From a virus (taxonomy: Duplodnaviria > Heunggongvirae > Uroviricota > Caudoviricetes), in the IMG/VR virus record IMGVR_UViG_3300015262_000002, positions 39,828 to 103,827 of that record: 64,000 nt of DNA. One strand, given 5' to 3'. The notes beneath the pieces were generated by a model that saw nothing but the letters and a program-made list of their open reading frames with translations, was not told the DNA's origin and made no database searches. This document shows, piece after piece, positions 1 through 8,806 of this stretch (position 1 is the first letter of the stretch; every line of letters starts with the position of its first letter). The translations under genes were made by a program, and so were the position numbers.

Positions 1-223
1 CAGTCACCTTCCTGAAACCAAAGCGTTGTACAAGGTTGAAACACGTGACGAAGCTGTTTCCTCCTACAAGGATTATCTGTGGCATCAAATGAAACAAGGA
101 TTCGTAACCCAAGATATGTTGCGATCATTGTCAGGTAAACGTCTTGGTTGTTTCTGCAAACCACAAAGCTGTCATGGTGATGTGATTGTCAAAGCTGTTG
201 AATGGGTAATGAGGAACGACTAA
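1..223 (+). CDS. hypothetical protein, 5'-truncated by the window edge. Its C-terminus carries a GCFCKPxxCHGDV motif resembling DUF4326.
   Basis: The frame is open from the window start to TAA at 221-223. The Cys/His motif was read from the translation. Confidence 0.4.
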   Translation, partial: SHLPETKALYKVETRDEAVSSYKDYLWHQMKQGFVTQDMLRSLSGKRLGCFCKPQSCHGDVIVKAVEWVMRND

Positions 224-417
224 TGCTTTGTGAATATGAATGTTATCTAATCGGTGGTCCATGGATTGCAGAGAATCCAAATTGCCCAACACATGGAACA
301 TGGGGTAAGAAATCTCGTGAAGACTTAAACGAAGCAATTCGTGAAATCTTGTACCGTGTTTGGTTGCGTGACTTGTCTTCTGATGATGGTTATGATCTAA
401 TTGAAGCATTGTTGTAG
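223..417 (+). CDS. hypothetical protein
   Basis: ORF with a TAATG overlap on the upstream gene. An in-frame ATG at 202 is also possible. Confidence 0.4.
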   Translation: MLCEYECYLIGGPWIAENPNCPTHGTWGKKSREDLNEAIREILYRVWLRDLSSDDGYDLIEALL

Positions 418-428
418 TATTCTTGGTC

Positions 429-458
429 TTGACATTTTCAACCTATTAGGTGTAGAGT
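429..458 (+). promoter_or_regulatory. sigma70-like promoter, TTGACA-N18-TAGAGT
   Basis: Hexamers were read directly from the sequence. Confidence 0.35.
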
Positions 459-697
459 GTAGTCTTCTTTAACTAACCAGAGGACTAACAATGTGAATAA
501 GCCAGATAGCTATGAAAATGTAATGAAAGAAATGGAAGAGGTTAATGACGAACTGGAATCGGAAGACCTTAGTGAAGGTAAGGATTTCAAGTTTGAATAT
601 GCGTTTGAATCATTGACAAACAAAAACTCATCTTATAAGCGAAGGAACTATGATGTTTGAAGAATACGAAGGATTTTAAATAATTTGAAAACAGGTA

Positions 698-726
698 TTG
701 ACAGTATTGGAGTGTTTCTATATAAT
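698..726 (+). promoter_or_regulatory. consensus sigma70 promoter, TTGACA-N17-TATAAT, upstream of the tRNA cluster
   Basis: Both hexamers match consensus perfectly and the spacer is 17 nt. Confidence 0.55.
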
Positions 727-875
727 GGTCGGTATATCCAGACAAAAGAGCACTTCCTTTACTGATGAATTGGTACTTAGCCCTCTCCTCTAAGGAATCA
801 GGTGATGTAAAGGATTGCTTGTTGTGATTTGATGTTAGTGTTCATTGGCCTTCCAAATCGTAACAACAAACAAAT

Positions 876-952
876 AGGTCGCGGTTGTGATGGCGAAGCA
901 TACGGGATTCCAAATCCTTGTGGATACAGTTCGAATCTGTGGTGACCTGCCA
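876..952 (+). tRNA. tRNA, probably Trp (CCA). The D-arm is non-canonical.
   Basis: Acceptor stem AGGTCGC/GTGACCT, T-arm TACAG-TTCGAAT-CTGTG, and CCA are encoded. The candidate anticodon loop is TTCCAAA. Confidence 0.5.
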
Positions 953-963
953 AACTAGTAAAT

Positions 964-1040
964 GGGTCTTTAGCATAATTGGTTAATGCTGTCTGCTCAT
1001 AACAGATAAGATGCGGGATCGTACCCCGTGGGACTCACCA
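964..1040 (+). tRNA. tRNA-Met/Ile2 (CAT)
   Basis: Acceptor GGGTCTT/GGGACTC with G-U pairs, D stem GCAT/ATGC, anticodon stem GTCTG/CAGAT, loop CTCATAA, and CCA encoded. Confidence 0.7.
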
Positions 1041-1050
1041 AAAGAATAAA

Positions 1051-1125
1051 GCGTGATTAGTGTAATTGGTAACACTTCTGACTTCCAATCAGACATTAAG
1101 AGTTCAAGTCTCTTATCCCGCACCA
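1051..1125 (+). tRNA. tRNA-Gly (TCC)
   Basis: D stem GTGT/ACAC, anticodon stem TCTGA/TCAGA, loop CTTCCAA, T-arm AAGAG-TTCAAGT-CTCTT, and CCA encoded. Confidence 0.75.
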
Positions 1126-1131
1126 AACAAT

Positions 1132-1207
1132 TCCTCTGTAGCTCAGTTGGTAGAGCAAACGGCTGTTAACCGTTAGGTCGCTGGTTCGAGTCCAGCCGGG
1201 GGAGCCA
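1132..1207 (+). tRNA. tRNA-Asn (GTT)
   Basis: D-arm GCTC-AGTTGGTA-GAGC, anticodon stem AACGG/CCGTT, loop CTGTTAA, T-arm GCTGG-TTCGAGT-CCAGC, and CCA encoded. Confidence 0.8.
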
Positions 1208-1238
1208 AACATGTTGTAACTAAAGAGGAGCTGTAAAG

Positions 1239-1373
1239 ATGACCAAGTTTTACGATGCAACTAAAGAACACACCAAGATTGAGAAATCGACTAATAAGTC
1301 CGAGAAGACTAAAGGTCATCCGAACAAAGGTTTGAAAGGTAAGAATCCTTACACTGGTAAGGTTGTTTCCTAA
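1239..1373 (+). CDS. small ORF of 44 aa (MTKFYDATKEH...) inside the tRNA cluster
   Basis: A strong SD (AAAGAGGAG) lies 8 nt upstream of the ATG, and the ORF fits exactly between tRNA-Asn and tRNA-Asp. Confidence 0.35.
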   Translation: MTKFYDATKEHTKIEKSTNKSEKTKGHPNKGLKGKNPYTGKVVS

Positions 1374-1380
1374 GTAATAA

Positions 1381-1455
1381 AGTCCATTAGTATATCGGTT
1401 AGTACACTGGCCTGTCACGCCGGAGGGACGAGTTCAATTCTCGTATGGACTGCCA
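1381..1455 (+). tRNA. tRNA-Asp (GTC)
   Basis: Acceptor AGTCCAT/ATGGACT, anticodon stem CTGGC/GCCGG, loop CTGTCAC, T loop TTCAATT, and CCA encoded. Confidence 0.8.
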
Positions 1456-1514
1456 AACGATAGCGTTGTATCCTCTGGTGTTGACACAGTTCGACATTAC
1501 GTTACAACCGTCAT

Positions 1515-1590
1515 GCCGTTATAGCTCAGTTGATAGAGCGCCTGTTTTGTAATCAGGATGTCCGTGGTTTGAATCCTCGTGACGGCACCA
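1515..1590 (+). tRNA. tRNA, probably Thr (TGT). It has T-T mismatches in the anticodon stem and the T stem.
   Basis: Acceptor GCCGTTA/TGACGGC, D-arm GCTC-AGTTGATA-GAGC, anticodon loop TTTGTAA, and CCA encoded. Confidence 0.5.
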
Positions 1591-1910
1591 AATTCTATGT
1601 TGAAAGTAGAAAACTACCACAGGTTGACCAACGTGGGTTAATAGTAGAATAGGATAAACGTACAGCCTATTATTGGAAGCCAAATTCGTATAAATGCTAT
1701 TCGACATAAGTCAACAATAGCGAACGGGGTATACGCCCCATTATGTGAGATAACATTATTGTGGTTTCAATTGCCACACGGGGCTGGTCCTCGTATCGAG
1801 GGGAAGTAATGGTAAGCTCAACAGGTATTCAACTTTCGATACTAGTCAGACTGTTGTGTACCGGATCTAATTCAAACAAGCTTGAGAATATCGCTTGTTA
1901 AATGTAACAT

Positions 1911-1988
1911 GGTCTATATAGCTTAACCGGGAAAGCGCCGTGACAATATTAAACTCGGAGTAGAGGTTCGAATCCTCGAAGACCACCA
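1911..1988 (+). tRNA. tRNA-like element with a canonical T-arm (GAGG-TTCGAAT-CCTC) and a terminal CCA. Its anticodon arm is unresolved.
   Basis: The acceptor pairing GGTCTAT/GAAGACC is imperfect and no clean 5-bp anticodon stem could be found by eye. Confidence 0.35.
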
Positions 1989-1997
1989 ATTATAAAA

Positions 1998-2073
1998 CAG
2001 AGCGTAGCGAAAGAGGTTATCGTCCCGGTTTGGAACTGGGTACACGTCCGTTCGACCCGGACCGCTCTGACCA
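1998..2073 (+). tRNA. tRNA-Pro (TGG)
   Basis: The acceptor CAGAGCG/CGCTCTG is perfect. Anticodon stem CCCGG/CTGGG, loop TTTGGAA, T-arm GTCCG-TTCGACC-CGGAC, and CCA encoded. Confidence 0.75.
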
Positions 2074-2194
2074 AACAGTACTTGGTGACGATCAAGTAAG
2101 AAAGCTTTATGTCGTGAGGGTTCTGCGGCATATCAGGTGATGTATCGTCTTCACCTATCGGGGTAAAAGTCCTCACAGGTAACCTTGAAATTAC

Positions 2195-2280
2195 GGAAGA
2201 TTGGCAGAGCGGCTATTGTAGTAGTCTTGAAAACTACCGAGTGTAAAAGCTCCATCCGTTCGAATCGGATATCTTCCTCC
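2195..2280 (+). tRNA. tRNA-Ser (TGA), type II with a long variable arm
   Basis: The acceptor GGAAGAT/ATCTTCC is perfect. Anticodon stem GTAGT/ACTAC, loop CTTGAAA, T-arm ATCCG-TTCGAAT-CGGAT, and CCA encoded. Confidence 0.8.
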
Positions 2281-2387
2281 AACTTTGATGTGTCAGAATA
2301 ATATATCGAACCGGCTCTGTGAAATGTGTTCGAGCATCAAATACAAACAATTACCCGACAAGGAATTGTAGCCGCAAGGCACTATGA

Positions 2388-2412
2388 CCCCGCCACGAGC
2401 GGGGTTTTTGTT
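2388..2412 (+). terminator. rho-independent terminator ending the tRNA cluster
   Basis: CCCCGC-cacga-GCGGGG followed by TTTTTGTT. Confidence 0.6.
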
Positions 2413-2434
2413 ATTCAAAGAAAAGGAAATAAAT

Positions 2435-2716
2435 ATGGCTATCGCAAATCGTAATGACTTGGTTGAAACTCTTGCACTTGTTGGACTTATGGGTGCCGCA
2501 CGCAATGGTGACCTTGATGGATTGTTCAGTGGTGGTTATGTACTTCCAGCTGCAACCACAACTGTAGTAGGTGGTGTTAAGAAAGCCACAGCCGTTGCTG
2601 ACCTTGGTGCACAAACAGTAACTGATATTGCAACTGCACAAACTGCTATTACAGCAATTGTGACTAAGCTCAACGCTCTACTTGCAGCAAGTCGCACCGC
2701 TGGTCAACTGACTTAA
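2435..2716 (+). CDS. hypothetical Ala/Thr-rich protein
   Basis: ATG has an AAGGAA SD. The track ORF starts earlier, inside the terminator. Confidence 0.5.
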   Translation: MAIANRNDLVETLALVGLMGAARNGDLDGLFSGGYVLPAATTTVVGGVKKATAVADLGAQTVTDIATAQTAITAIVTKLNALLAASRTAGQLT

Positions 2717-2734
2717 TACTCAGTTATTCAAAGT

Positions 2735-2763
2735 AGCCCGCCTTGTGCGGGCTTTCTTGTTTG
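2735..2763 (+). terminator. rho-independent terminator
   Basis: AGCCCGC-cttgt-GCGGGCT followed by TTCTTGTTTG. It is nearly identical to the terminator at 50948. Confidence 0.6.
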
Positions 2764-2778
2764 TCAAGCTGTATGGTA

Positions 2779-2807
2779 TTGACAAATTTATAACAAGACA
2801 GTAAACT
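2779..2807 (+). promoter_or_regulatory. sigma70 promoter, TTGACA-N17-TAAACT
   Basis: Hexamers were read from the sequence. It lies upstream of the packaging genes. Confidence 0.45.
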
Positions 2808-2839
2808 TGTCTCTATGTCAAGAACATTAGGAGTAATTT

Positions 2840-3274
2840 ATGTCCACTGAAGACATGGGCGTTAGTCCACTTCATGAACGTGACACTCGATTTCAACCCG
2901 GTATATCTGGTAATCCTGCTGGACGACCAAAGGGAAGTAAGAGTGGTCCACGATCTAAAATGCGTACACAGCTAGTTAAGCTTTGTGAACTACAACCAGA
3001 CGCTATTGAGATTCTTCGTATTAGTATGACTGGTAAGAACTCGAATGGTGAGACTGTAGTACAACCATCTAAAGAGAAAGTTGATATGGCAAAGTTTGTC
3101 GTCAACAAGATCGAATCATTGAACAATACCTGTCTTCGTGAAGAAGCACTTATCCTTGGTGTTCGTGATAAAGGTAATGCTGAAGGTGCTGCACAACTAG
3201 AAGAGAACCAGAAAGAAGCCGAAGCGACCAGTACAGGTGCATTCTGTCTCGATATGGAAACAACCCAACATTAA
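2840..3274 (+). CDS. putative terminase small subunit
   Basis: The N-terminal GNPAGRPKG motif is reminiscent of certain TerS families, and the gene sits upstream of TerL. Confidence 0.45.
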   Translation: MSTEDMGVSPLHERDTRFQPGISGNPAGRPKGSKSGPRSKMRTQLVKLCELQPDAIEILRISMTGKNSNGETVVQPSKEKVDMAKFVVNKIESLNNTCLREEALILGVRDKGNAEGAAQLEENQKEAEATSTGAFCLDMETTQH

Positions 3275-3283
3275 GGAGTACTT

Positions 3284-3787
3284 ATGACCGAAATTAAACA
3301 ACAACCATTCGTGGTACAAGATGAGCAAGTGTTTATCAATGAAGCAACGCTCAACAAATATCACTTACACGTAACCAGTTCTGACTCACTTGGTTTGAAT
3401 CTGATTGAGAACATTATTGAAATGGCTAACTTGGGCGCCAAACTTAAACCCGGCACTCTCCCAAGTATGCGATTCCCGCACAGTTGTTCTCTTGTTCTAG
3501 AAGCTGAAGTTCCACCAACACCGCGTGCCACACTTCGTGTATTCGAATACGACACATGTAAGGAAGTCTTCGCAGCCTTTGTAGAGCCTGTTGCCAAAAC
3601 CTTCTCACTAGATACAGTAGACGAAGTAGTTGTTGATAAGAGCACCAACCAAGGCACTCCATGGACCAAAGAACAACTAGACAGTATGGATTGGGAAACA
3701 GAGTTCAAAGAAGTTACTAAGAGTGTGGGGATCACTGGTCGATCACGCGATAAGATGACTAAAGAATATCTTGCAAAATACTTGTAA
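3284..3787 (+). CDS. hypothetical protein
   Basis: ORF with an SD, lying between the TerS candidate and TerL. Confidence 0.55.
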   Translation: MTEIKQQPFVVQDEQVFINEATLNKYHLHVTSSDSLGLNLIENIIEMANLGAKLKPGTLPSMRFPHSCSLVLEAEVPPTPRATLRVFEYDTCKEVFAAFVEPVAKTFSLDTVDEVVVDKSTNQGTPWTKEQLDSMDWETEFKEVTKSVGITGRSRDKMTKEYLAKYL

Positions 3788-3793
3788 TGAGTA

Positions 3794-3822
3794 TTGACAA
3801 AATAATGATTATCATTTAGAAT
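3794..3822 (+). promoter_or_regulatory. sigma70 promoter, TTGACA-N17-TAGAAT
   Basis: Hexamers were read from the sequence. Confidence 0.5.
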
Positions 3823-3867
3823 AGGCACTTATATGGAGATAAGAAGTTATCTCATTCGGAGCACACC

Positions 3868-5391
3868 ATGACCATGGATGTAAAACATGAAGTTAACATG
3901 GTGCGTCCTCAATCTCCCTTCCAAGAGAAATACCTGAAGTCGAATGCAAAGATTCTGGTAGTTGGTGGTGCAGCCGGTAGCTCTAAAAGCTATGTCGGTC
4001 TAATGCGACACTTACGTTGGGCGCATGATCCAAAGTATAATGGTTACTGTATTCGACAACACAGTAATGACTTGATGAAAGCTGGTGGACTGTTCCAAGA
4101 AGCAGTCGGGCTTTACTCTCAGGTTTATCCTGACATCAAAGTAAAGATTAAAGATCAGATGATTGTTTTCCCAAGTGGTGCATCTGTTTCATTTGCACAC
4201 TACGAGAACGACGCTGCTGGTCGTAAGTATCAAGGTCTTCAACTCTCTAACGTATTCTATGACGAAGCAACTCATGCTGATGAACAACACATTTGGTGGT
4301 TGTTTTCACGTCTTCGTACATCAGCCAAGATGGAACCAAGTATTTGGTTGTCATGTAACCCAGACCCAGACAGTTATCTTTTCGAATGGGTTAAGTGGTG
4401 GTTGCATCCAGAAGGTCATCCTCAATATGGTATCGCTGATCCTGCAAAGAATGGGATCACACGATATGTACTTCGTATCGGTGGAGAGATGTGCTGGGGT
4501 GAATCTCCAGAAGAACTTATTGAGAAGTACGGGAAGAAACATCTTCCTATGGATCACACAGATCAAGTTAAACCGATTCCATTCCAAGTGCTGCTTGGTA
4601 CTCTTGTAGACAACCCAACGTTGATGAAGCTCCAACCTGACTATAAAGGTAAGTTGGAAGCCATGCCTGATGTTGAGATGAGACGTCTGTTGCTGGGTGA
4701 CTGGACTGCTCGTGAAGAAGGTTCCACATACTTCCAACGTTCGTGGTGTGGTGAAGATGCTCTCGATGAGCCATCTACCAGTGAGATTGTACGAACAGTT
4801 AGAGCATATGACTTTGCTGGTACATTGAAGTCTTCTGGTAACCCAAGTCCTGACTATACAGCATGTGTGAAGATGAGCAAGTTGAAGAATGGAGATTACT
4901 TCGTTCACGATGTTCGTCGTTGTCGTATCCTGTATGGTGAGTGGGAAAAGTTCATCCTCGACAATGCAGAGCAAGATGGGAAGAATTGTGAGATTATTAT
5001 CCCACTTGATCCCGGTGCTTCTGCCAAAGTTGCAACAAGCCTGCTCACACGTTCGTTGAGTGAAAAAGGATACAGAGTTAGAACAATGAAAGCAACCCAA
5101 TCTAAGTTGGATCGTTTTCGTCCTTTCTCTTCTTTGGCTATGAACGGACATGTCCAGTTCCTCAAAGGTTGCTCAACAGACTTGGAAAACAAGATTGAAA
5201 ATAACAATAGCTTCATGTACCGCGAGCTTGAAGGCTTTAACGGTAAGAAGCGAAGCGGTGAGACAGGTCACGATGACATTGTTGACTGTATCAGTGATGC
5301 CACGTCGATCCTTGCTCAGCGCGTCAATGTACCTAATATGGCACAGGTTCTAGCCAGTGTCAACCTCTCACATAAAACCCCCTTCGATTAA
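3868..5391 (+). CDS. terminase large subunit
   Basis: Walker A (VVGGAAGSSKS), Walker B (VFYDEAT), and a C-terminal nuclease region; the ORF is 507 aa. Confidence 0.9.
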   Translation: MTMDVKHEVNMVRPQSPFQEKYLKSNAKILVVGGAAGSSKSYVGLMRHLRWAHDPKYNGYCIRQHSNDLMKAGGLFQEAVGLYSQVYPDIKVKIKDQMIVFPSGASVSFAHYENDAAGRKYQGLQLSNVFYDEATHADEQHIWWLFSRLRTSAKMEPSIWLSCNPDPDSYLFEWVKWWLHPEGHPQYGIADPAKNGITRYVLRIGGEMCWGESPEELIEKYGKKHLPMDHTDQVKPIPFQVLLGTLVDNPTLMKLQPDYKGKLEAMPDVEMRRLLLGDWTAREEGSTYFQRSWCGEDALDEPSTSEIVRTVRAYDFAGTLKSSGNPSPDYTACVKMSKLKNGDYFVHDVRRCRILYGEWEKFILDNAEQDGKNCEIIIPLDPGASAKVATSLLTRSLSEKGYRVRTMKATQSKLDRFRPFSSLAMNGHVQFLKGCSTDLENKIENNNSFMYRELEGFNGKKRSGETGHDDIVDCISDATSILAQRVNVPNMAQVLASVNLSHKTPFD

Positions 5392-5402
5392 GGAGTTGCC
5401 TA

Positions 5403-6923
5403 ATGGCAGAAAACGCCGAAAACACAACCTCCTTGAAACAAGGAGACTCCAAAGCTCCTGCGATTGTATACGGTGAGACTGGTTACACTGGTCTTGTCAC
5501 TCTTGGTGGACAAGTGTTTGACGATTGTAAACACGAACTACGTTGGCCCCATGCATACAAGACATTCAAAACAATGTCTGTCGATGGTTCTGTTGGACCA
5601 GCTCTAGAGTTTGTCGAAGGTAAAGTAGCTGAAGCCACATGGAGTGTAAAGATTCCAAAGGGTGTTCCTAAAGAACGTGAAGCTACTCTAAAAGCTCAAC
5701 AGAAATACCTCACCGAAGTAATGGACGACATGCGTCACAGTTGGACAACCGGTATTAAAAACGCTGGTACATTCAACCGTTACGGGTTTAGCGTTCTTGA
5801 AATGGTACTTCGCTTCCGCAATTACAAATATGGTAGTAAGTTCAATGATGGTCTGGTGGGGATTGAAGCCCTTTCACCACGTAGTCAAGGAACTATTGTC
5901 CAGTGGTATTGGAAAGATAAAGGTCGTGAACTGGATGGTTTCGATCAACGCATCGTAATCCCAAGTGAAAACAGTATGATTAGTACTGATGGTTGGGAAG
6001 TTATGCGTACTAGTGCCTTACAAGAGACTGGTGTCAAATACATTCCGATGAAGAAGTGCTTGCACTTCCGTCACAATCCTCAGAACGATAGTCCTTCTGG
6101 TACATCTCCTTTGGTGTCTGCATATCAACCATGGAAGATGAAACAAGCTTACCAAGAGTCTGAAGCAATTGGTGTAGCACAAGACAACAACGCCTTCAAG
6201 ATCCTGTTCCTTCCACCTGAGTATCTTGTAGAAGATCGTGACGCTGACCGCGAAGCATCTTTCAACATGTACACTCGAATGATGGAACGAGCACACCAAG
6301 CAAAACAAAGTGGGTTTATCCTACCAATGTTGCTTGATAGTGACGGTAAGAAGATGTTTGACTTTGAGATTAAGAATATCTCAGGTACGAAGTCTTATGA
6401 TGTTAATAAAATCATCGAACGATATGTGCGAGAGATTCAAGTTGCTCTCTTCGCTGACGTATTGTCGCTCGGTAGTGGTTCTGGTGGTAGTTACTCACTT
6501 GCTGAATCGAAAGTAAGCATTATCGACATGGCTGTAAAGAGTCGTTTGAATGAAATCAAAGACCAGCTTAATCATAAGCTTGTTAAGACGTTGTTTGAAC
6601 AGAATTCATGGCCTACTGATGTAATGCCTTACATTGACTTTGATTTACCTAACAGTGAGTCATTGGAGAGTGTTGGTAAATATCTACAACAAGCAGCTGC
6701 TGTTGGACTTATCCCATTGGTTCCTGAAGTTGTTAACTTTGTCCTTGCTCGTGTCGGTATTGATTATCGAGTTCCTGATGACACACCTACTGAGAAACTT
6801 AGAGAAATGATGACAAGTTTTGTCTCCGAAGCTGGGGGCGGAATGAAATCTGGACTCAACGGGAGTAACGGAAAAGGAACAGGTTCTAAAGGTGATCCAA
6901 ACACAGCAAACAAAGGGAGTTAA
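5403..6923 (+). CDS. portal protein
   Basis: A 506-aa ORF directly after TerL, in the lambda-like order. Confidence 0.8.
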   Translation: MAENAENTTSLKQGDSKAPAIVYGETGYTGLVTLGGQVFDDCKHELRWPHAYKTFKTMSVDGSVGPALEFVEGKVAEATWSVKIPKGVPKEREATLKAQQKYLTEVMDDMRHSWTTGIKNAGTFNRYGFSVLEMVLRFRNYKYGSKFNDGLVGIEALSPRSQGTIVQWYWKDKGRELDGFDQRIVIPSENSMISTDGWEVMRTSALQETGVKYIPMKKCLHFRHNPQNDSPSGTSPLVSAYQPWKMKQAYQESEAIGVAQDNNAFKILFLPPEYLVEDRDADREASFNMYTRMMERAHQAKQSGFILPMLLDSDGKKMFDFEIKNISGTKSYDVNKIIERYVREIQVALFADVLSLGSGSGGSYSLAESKVSIIDMAVKSRLNEIKDQLNHKLVKTLFEQNSWPTDVMPYIDFDLPNSESLESVGKYLQQAAAVGLIPLVPEVVNFVLARVGIDYRVPDDTPTEKLREMMTSFVSEAGGGMKSGLNGSNGKGTGSKGDPNTANKGS

Positions 6924-6925
6924 AT

Positions 6926-8281
6926 ATGGCTGCTCATTCACTCGCACGTATTAAAGGTTCGTTGATTAACACTCCACATCTGATCGAACAAAGTTCTTTC
7001 GATAGTATTATGGAATATGTTAATCAACGAATTGAAGGGAACATTGTTGATGTAACCCCAGAATCAAAATCTGAGGACTTTGGTGGACCAGCGTATGTAG
7101 CCGACACCGCAACCGGTGTACTACAAATTAATGGTCCTCTGACTTATCGAACCTCTGGATGGGAAGCCTTATGTGGTGGAACATCTTACGAGATGCTGAA
7201 AGAACATATGGAATACTTTGTAGAACAAGGAGCCAAGACTGTTGTAATGATGGCTGACTCTGGTGGTGGTGAAGCTCATGCCATGATGGACAGTGCAAAC
7301 TATATTCGTAAACTTGCTGATGACAATGGTATCAAAATCATTGCTTATGTAGATGGTATGGCTGCATCTGCTTGCTACGGTCTAGTTTGTGTAGCTGATG
7401 AGATTGTAATGTCATCCGACAGTCAAGTTGGAAGTATTGGTGTACTTATCCAGCTTATGAACAACAGTAAACAACTTGAGAAAGCTGGTATTGAACGCAC
7501 ATTCATTACAGCAGGTGAAGATAAAGTTCCTTTTGCTGCCGATGGTTCGTTCACTGAAGCATTCAAAGACCGACTGCAAACCCAAGTAGATACTCTTTAC
7601 GAAGGCTTCACAGGTCATGTTGCTACACATCGCGGTCTTGATATCAAAGCCGTTAAAGGTACACAAGCCAACGTATTTATGGCTGATGAGGCTCTTGAAC
7701 TTGGACTTGCCGATTCGGTAATGACTGTTGAAGAATTCTATGACTACGTGGCTGACGCTGCTGACACAAACAACAAAGGAGGGAACACCATGAAAGGTGC
7801 CTTGAAATTTATGAACCGTGAGGACAAAACAGAAATGGCTAAGCTCGAAGAACTGCAAGCACAGCTTGAAGCAGAACAACTCGCACGCACAGAAGCTTCT
7901 GCTGCACTGGCTACTCAACTGGCCCAACTGAATGAAGCACAGGGCGCTCTGGCTGCTCTTACGACTCAACTGGAAGGGTTTAAAGAAGCCCAAGCTCTGG
8001 CTGCTAAAGCTGCTGCTGACGCAGTTGTTGCAACTCGTAAAGCTGCTCTGTCTGAAGTTGTTCCTGAAGCGGAACTTGAAACATACATGACCAATATGTC
8101 CAGTCTGGATGAAGGTTCTTTTACCTTTATGGTCGGTACGCTGAAAGCTGTTAAAGATACACGCGCTGCTGGTTTCAAAGCAGTTGGAGAGGATGGTGCT
8201 GAAGTAGATGACGCTCCTGTTAACTCTGCTGATGCAATTCGAATCGCTGGTATTGAAGCTGCACGCGCTCGTCGCGGTTAA
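6926..8281 (+). CDS. prohead protease (S49/ClpP-like) fused to an Ala-rich coiled-coil scaffold domain
   Basis: The S49 region reads MMADSGGGEAH...DGMAASACYGL...SQVGSIGV, and the C-terminus is A/Q/L-rich. Confidence 0.75.
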   Translation: MAAHSLARIKGSLINTPHLIEQSSFDSIMEYVNQRIEGNIVDVTPESKSEDFGGPAYVADTATGVLQINGPLTYRTSGWEALCGGTSYEMLKEHMEYFVEQGAKTVVMMADSGGGEAHAMMDSANYIRKLADDNGIKIIAYVDGMAASACYGLVCVADEIVMSSDSQVGSIGVLIQLMNNSKQLEKAGIERTFITAGEDKVPFAADGSFTEAFKDRLQTQVDTLYEGFTGHVATHRGLDIKAVKGTQANVFMADEALELGLADSVMTVEEFYDYVADAADTNNKGGNTMKGALKFMNREDKTEMAKLEELQAQLEAEQLARTEASAALATQLAQLNEAQGALAALTTQLEGFKEAQALAAKAAADAVVATRKAALSEVVPEAELETYMTNMSSLDEGSFTFMVGTLKAVKDTRAAGFKAVGEDGAEVDDAPVNSADAIRIAGIEAARARRG

Positions 8282-8308
8282 TCAAAAACTTATTAGAGGA
8301 TACAAACA

Positions 8309-8752
8309 ATGGCTTTCACTGAACTGAACTTCCTGAAATATGCTTCGGACTTGGTTATTGACCACGCCGACTTCCACTTCAGCAATGAAAACGCAAACAT
8401 CACACCGGCTGGTGTTATTAAACTGGGCACTGTTGTTGTCCGTCCTAAAGATTCTGCTCCAACTGTAGCTTGGACTGTTATTGACGCTGCTGCTGATGCA
8501 GTTGCAACCAATGAGTTCGCAGTTGTTTTCGGTGATCACAATTCGTTCGCTTATGACTTCACACCAAAGGCTGTTGTTTCTGGTAAGTGGAACTCTATCG
8601 TAATTGTTCGTGATGCAGCTTTCAAAGAGTTCTACATCAAAGAGAACTACGAAACGATGCTGGGTGCTGCTCCTTACGCTCTTCTGAAGCAACTCATGGC
8701 TAATCAGGGACTGTTGGTACTGCAAGACGTGTCCAAATACAAAGCTGTTTAA
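8309..8752 (+). CDS. putative head decoration protein
   Basis: Its position between the protease/scaffold and the major capsid matches lambda D. Confidence 0.4.
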   Translation: MAFTELNFLKYASDLVIDHADFHFSNENANITPAGVIKLGTVVVRPKDSAPTVAWTVIDAAADAVATNEFAVVFGDHNSFAYDFTPKAVVSGKWNSIVIVRDAAFKEFYIKENYETMLGAAPYALLKQLMANQGLLVLQDVSKYKAV

Positions 8753-8806
8753 ATCCAATTCTAGGGGCGTGATTGCCCCTTAACAAAACATAAGGAAGGA
8801 ACATAT

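Noticed and set aside
1173-1418. Minus-strand ORFs 1173-1418, 1519-1707 and 1949-2176, and plus-strand ORFs inside the tRNA block
   Set aside because: They are translations of tRNA gene sequence on the wrong strand, with no SD, and they overlap well-supported tRNAs.
4351-5151. Long antisense ORFs inside TerL (4351-5151), the capsid gene (8900-9907), the tape measure gene (16003-16500) and J (20201-20881)
   Set aside because: They lie antisense to strongly supported structural genes, lack SDs, and have composition typical of shadow ORFs.
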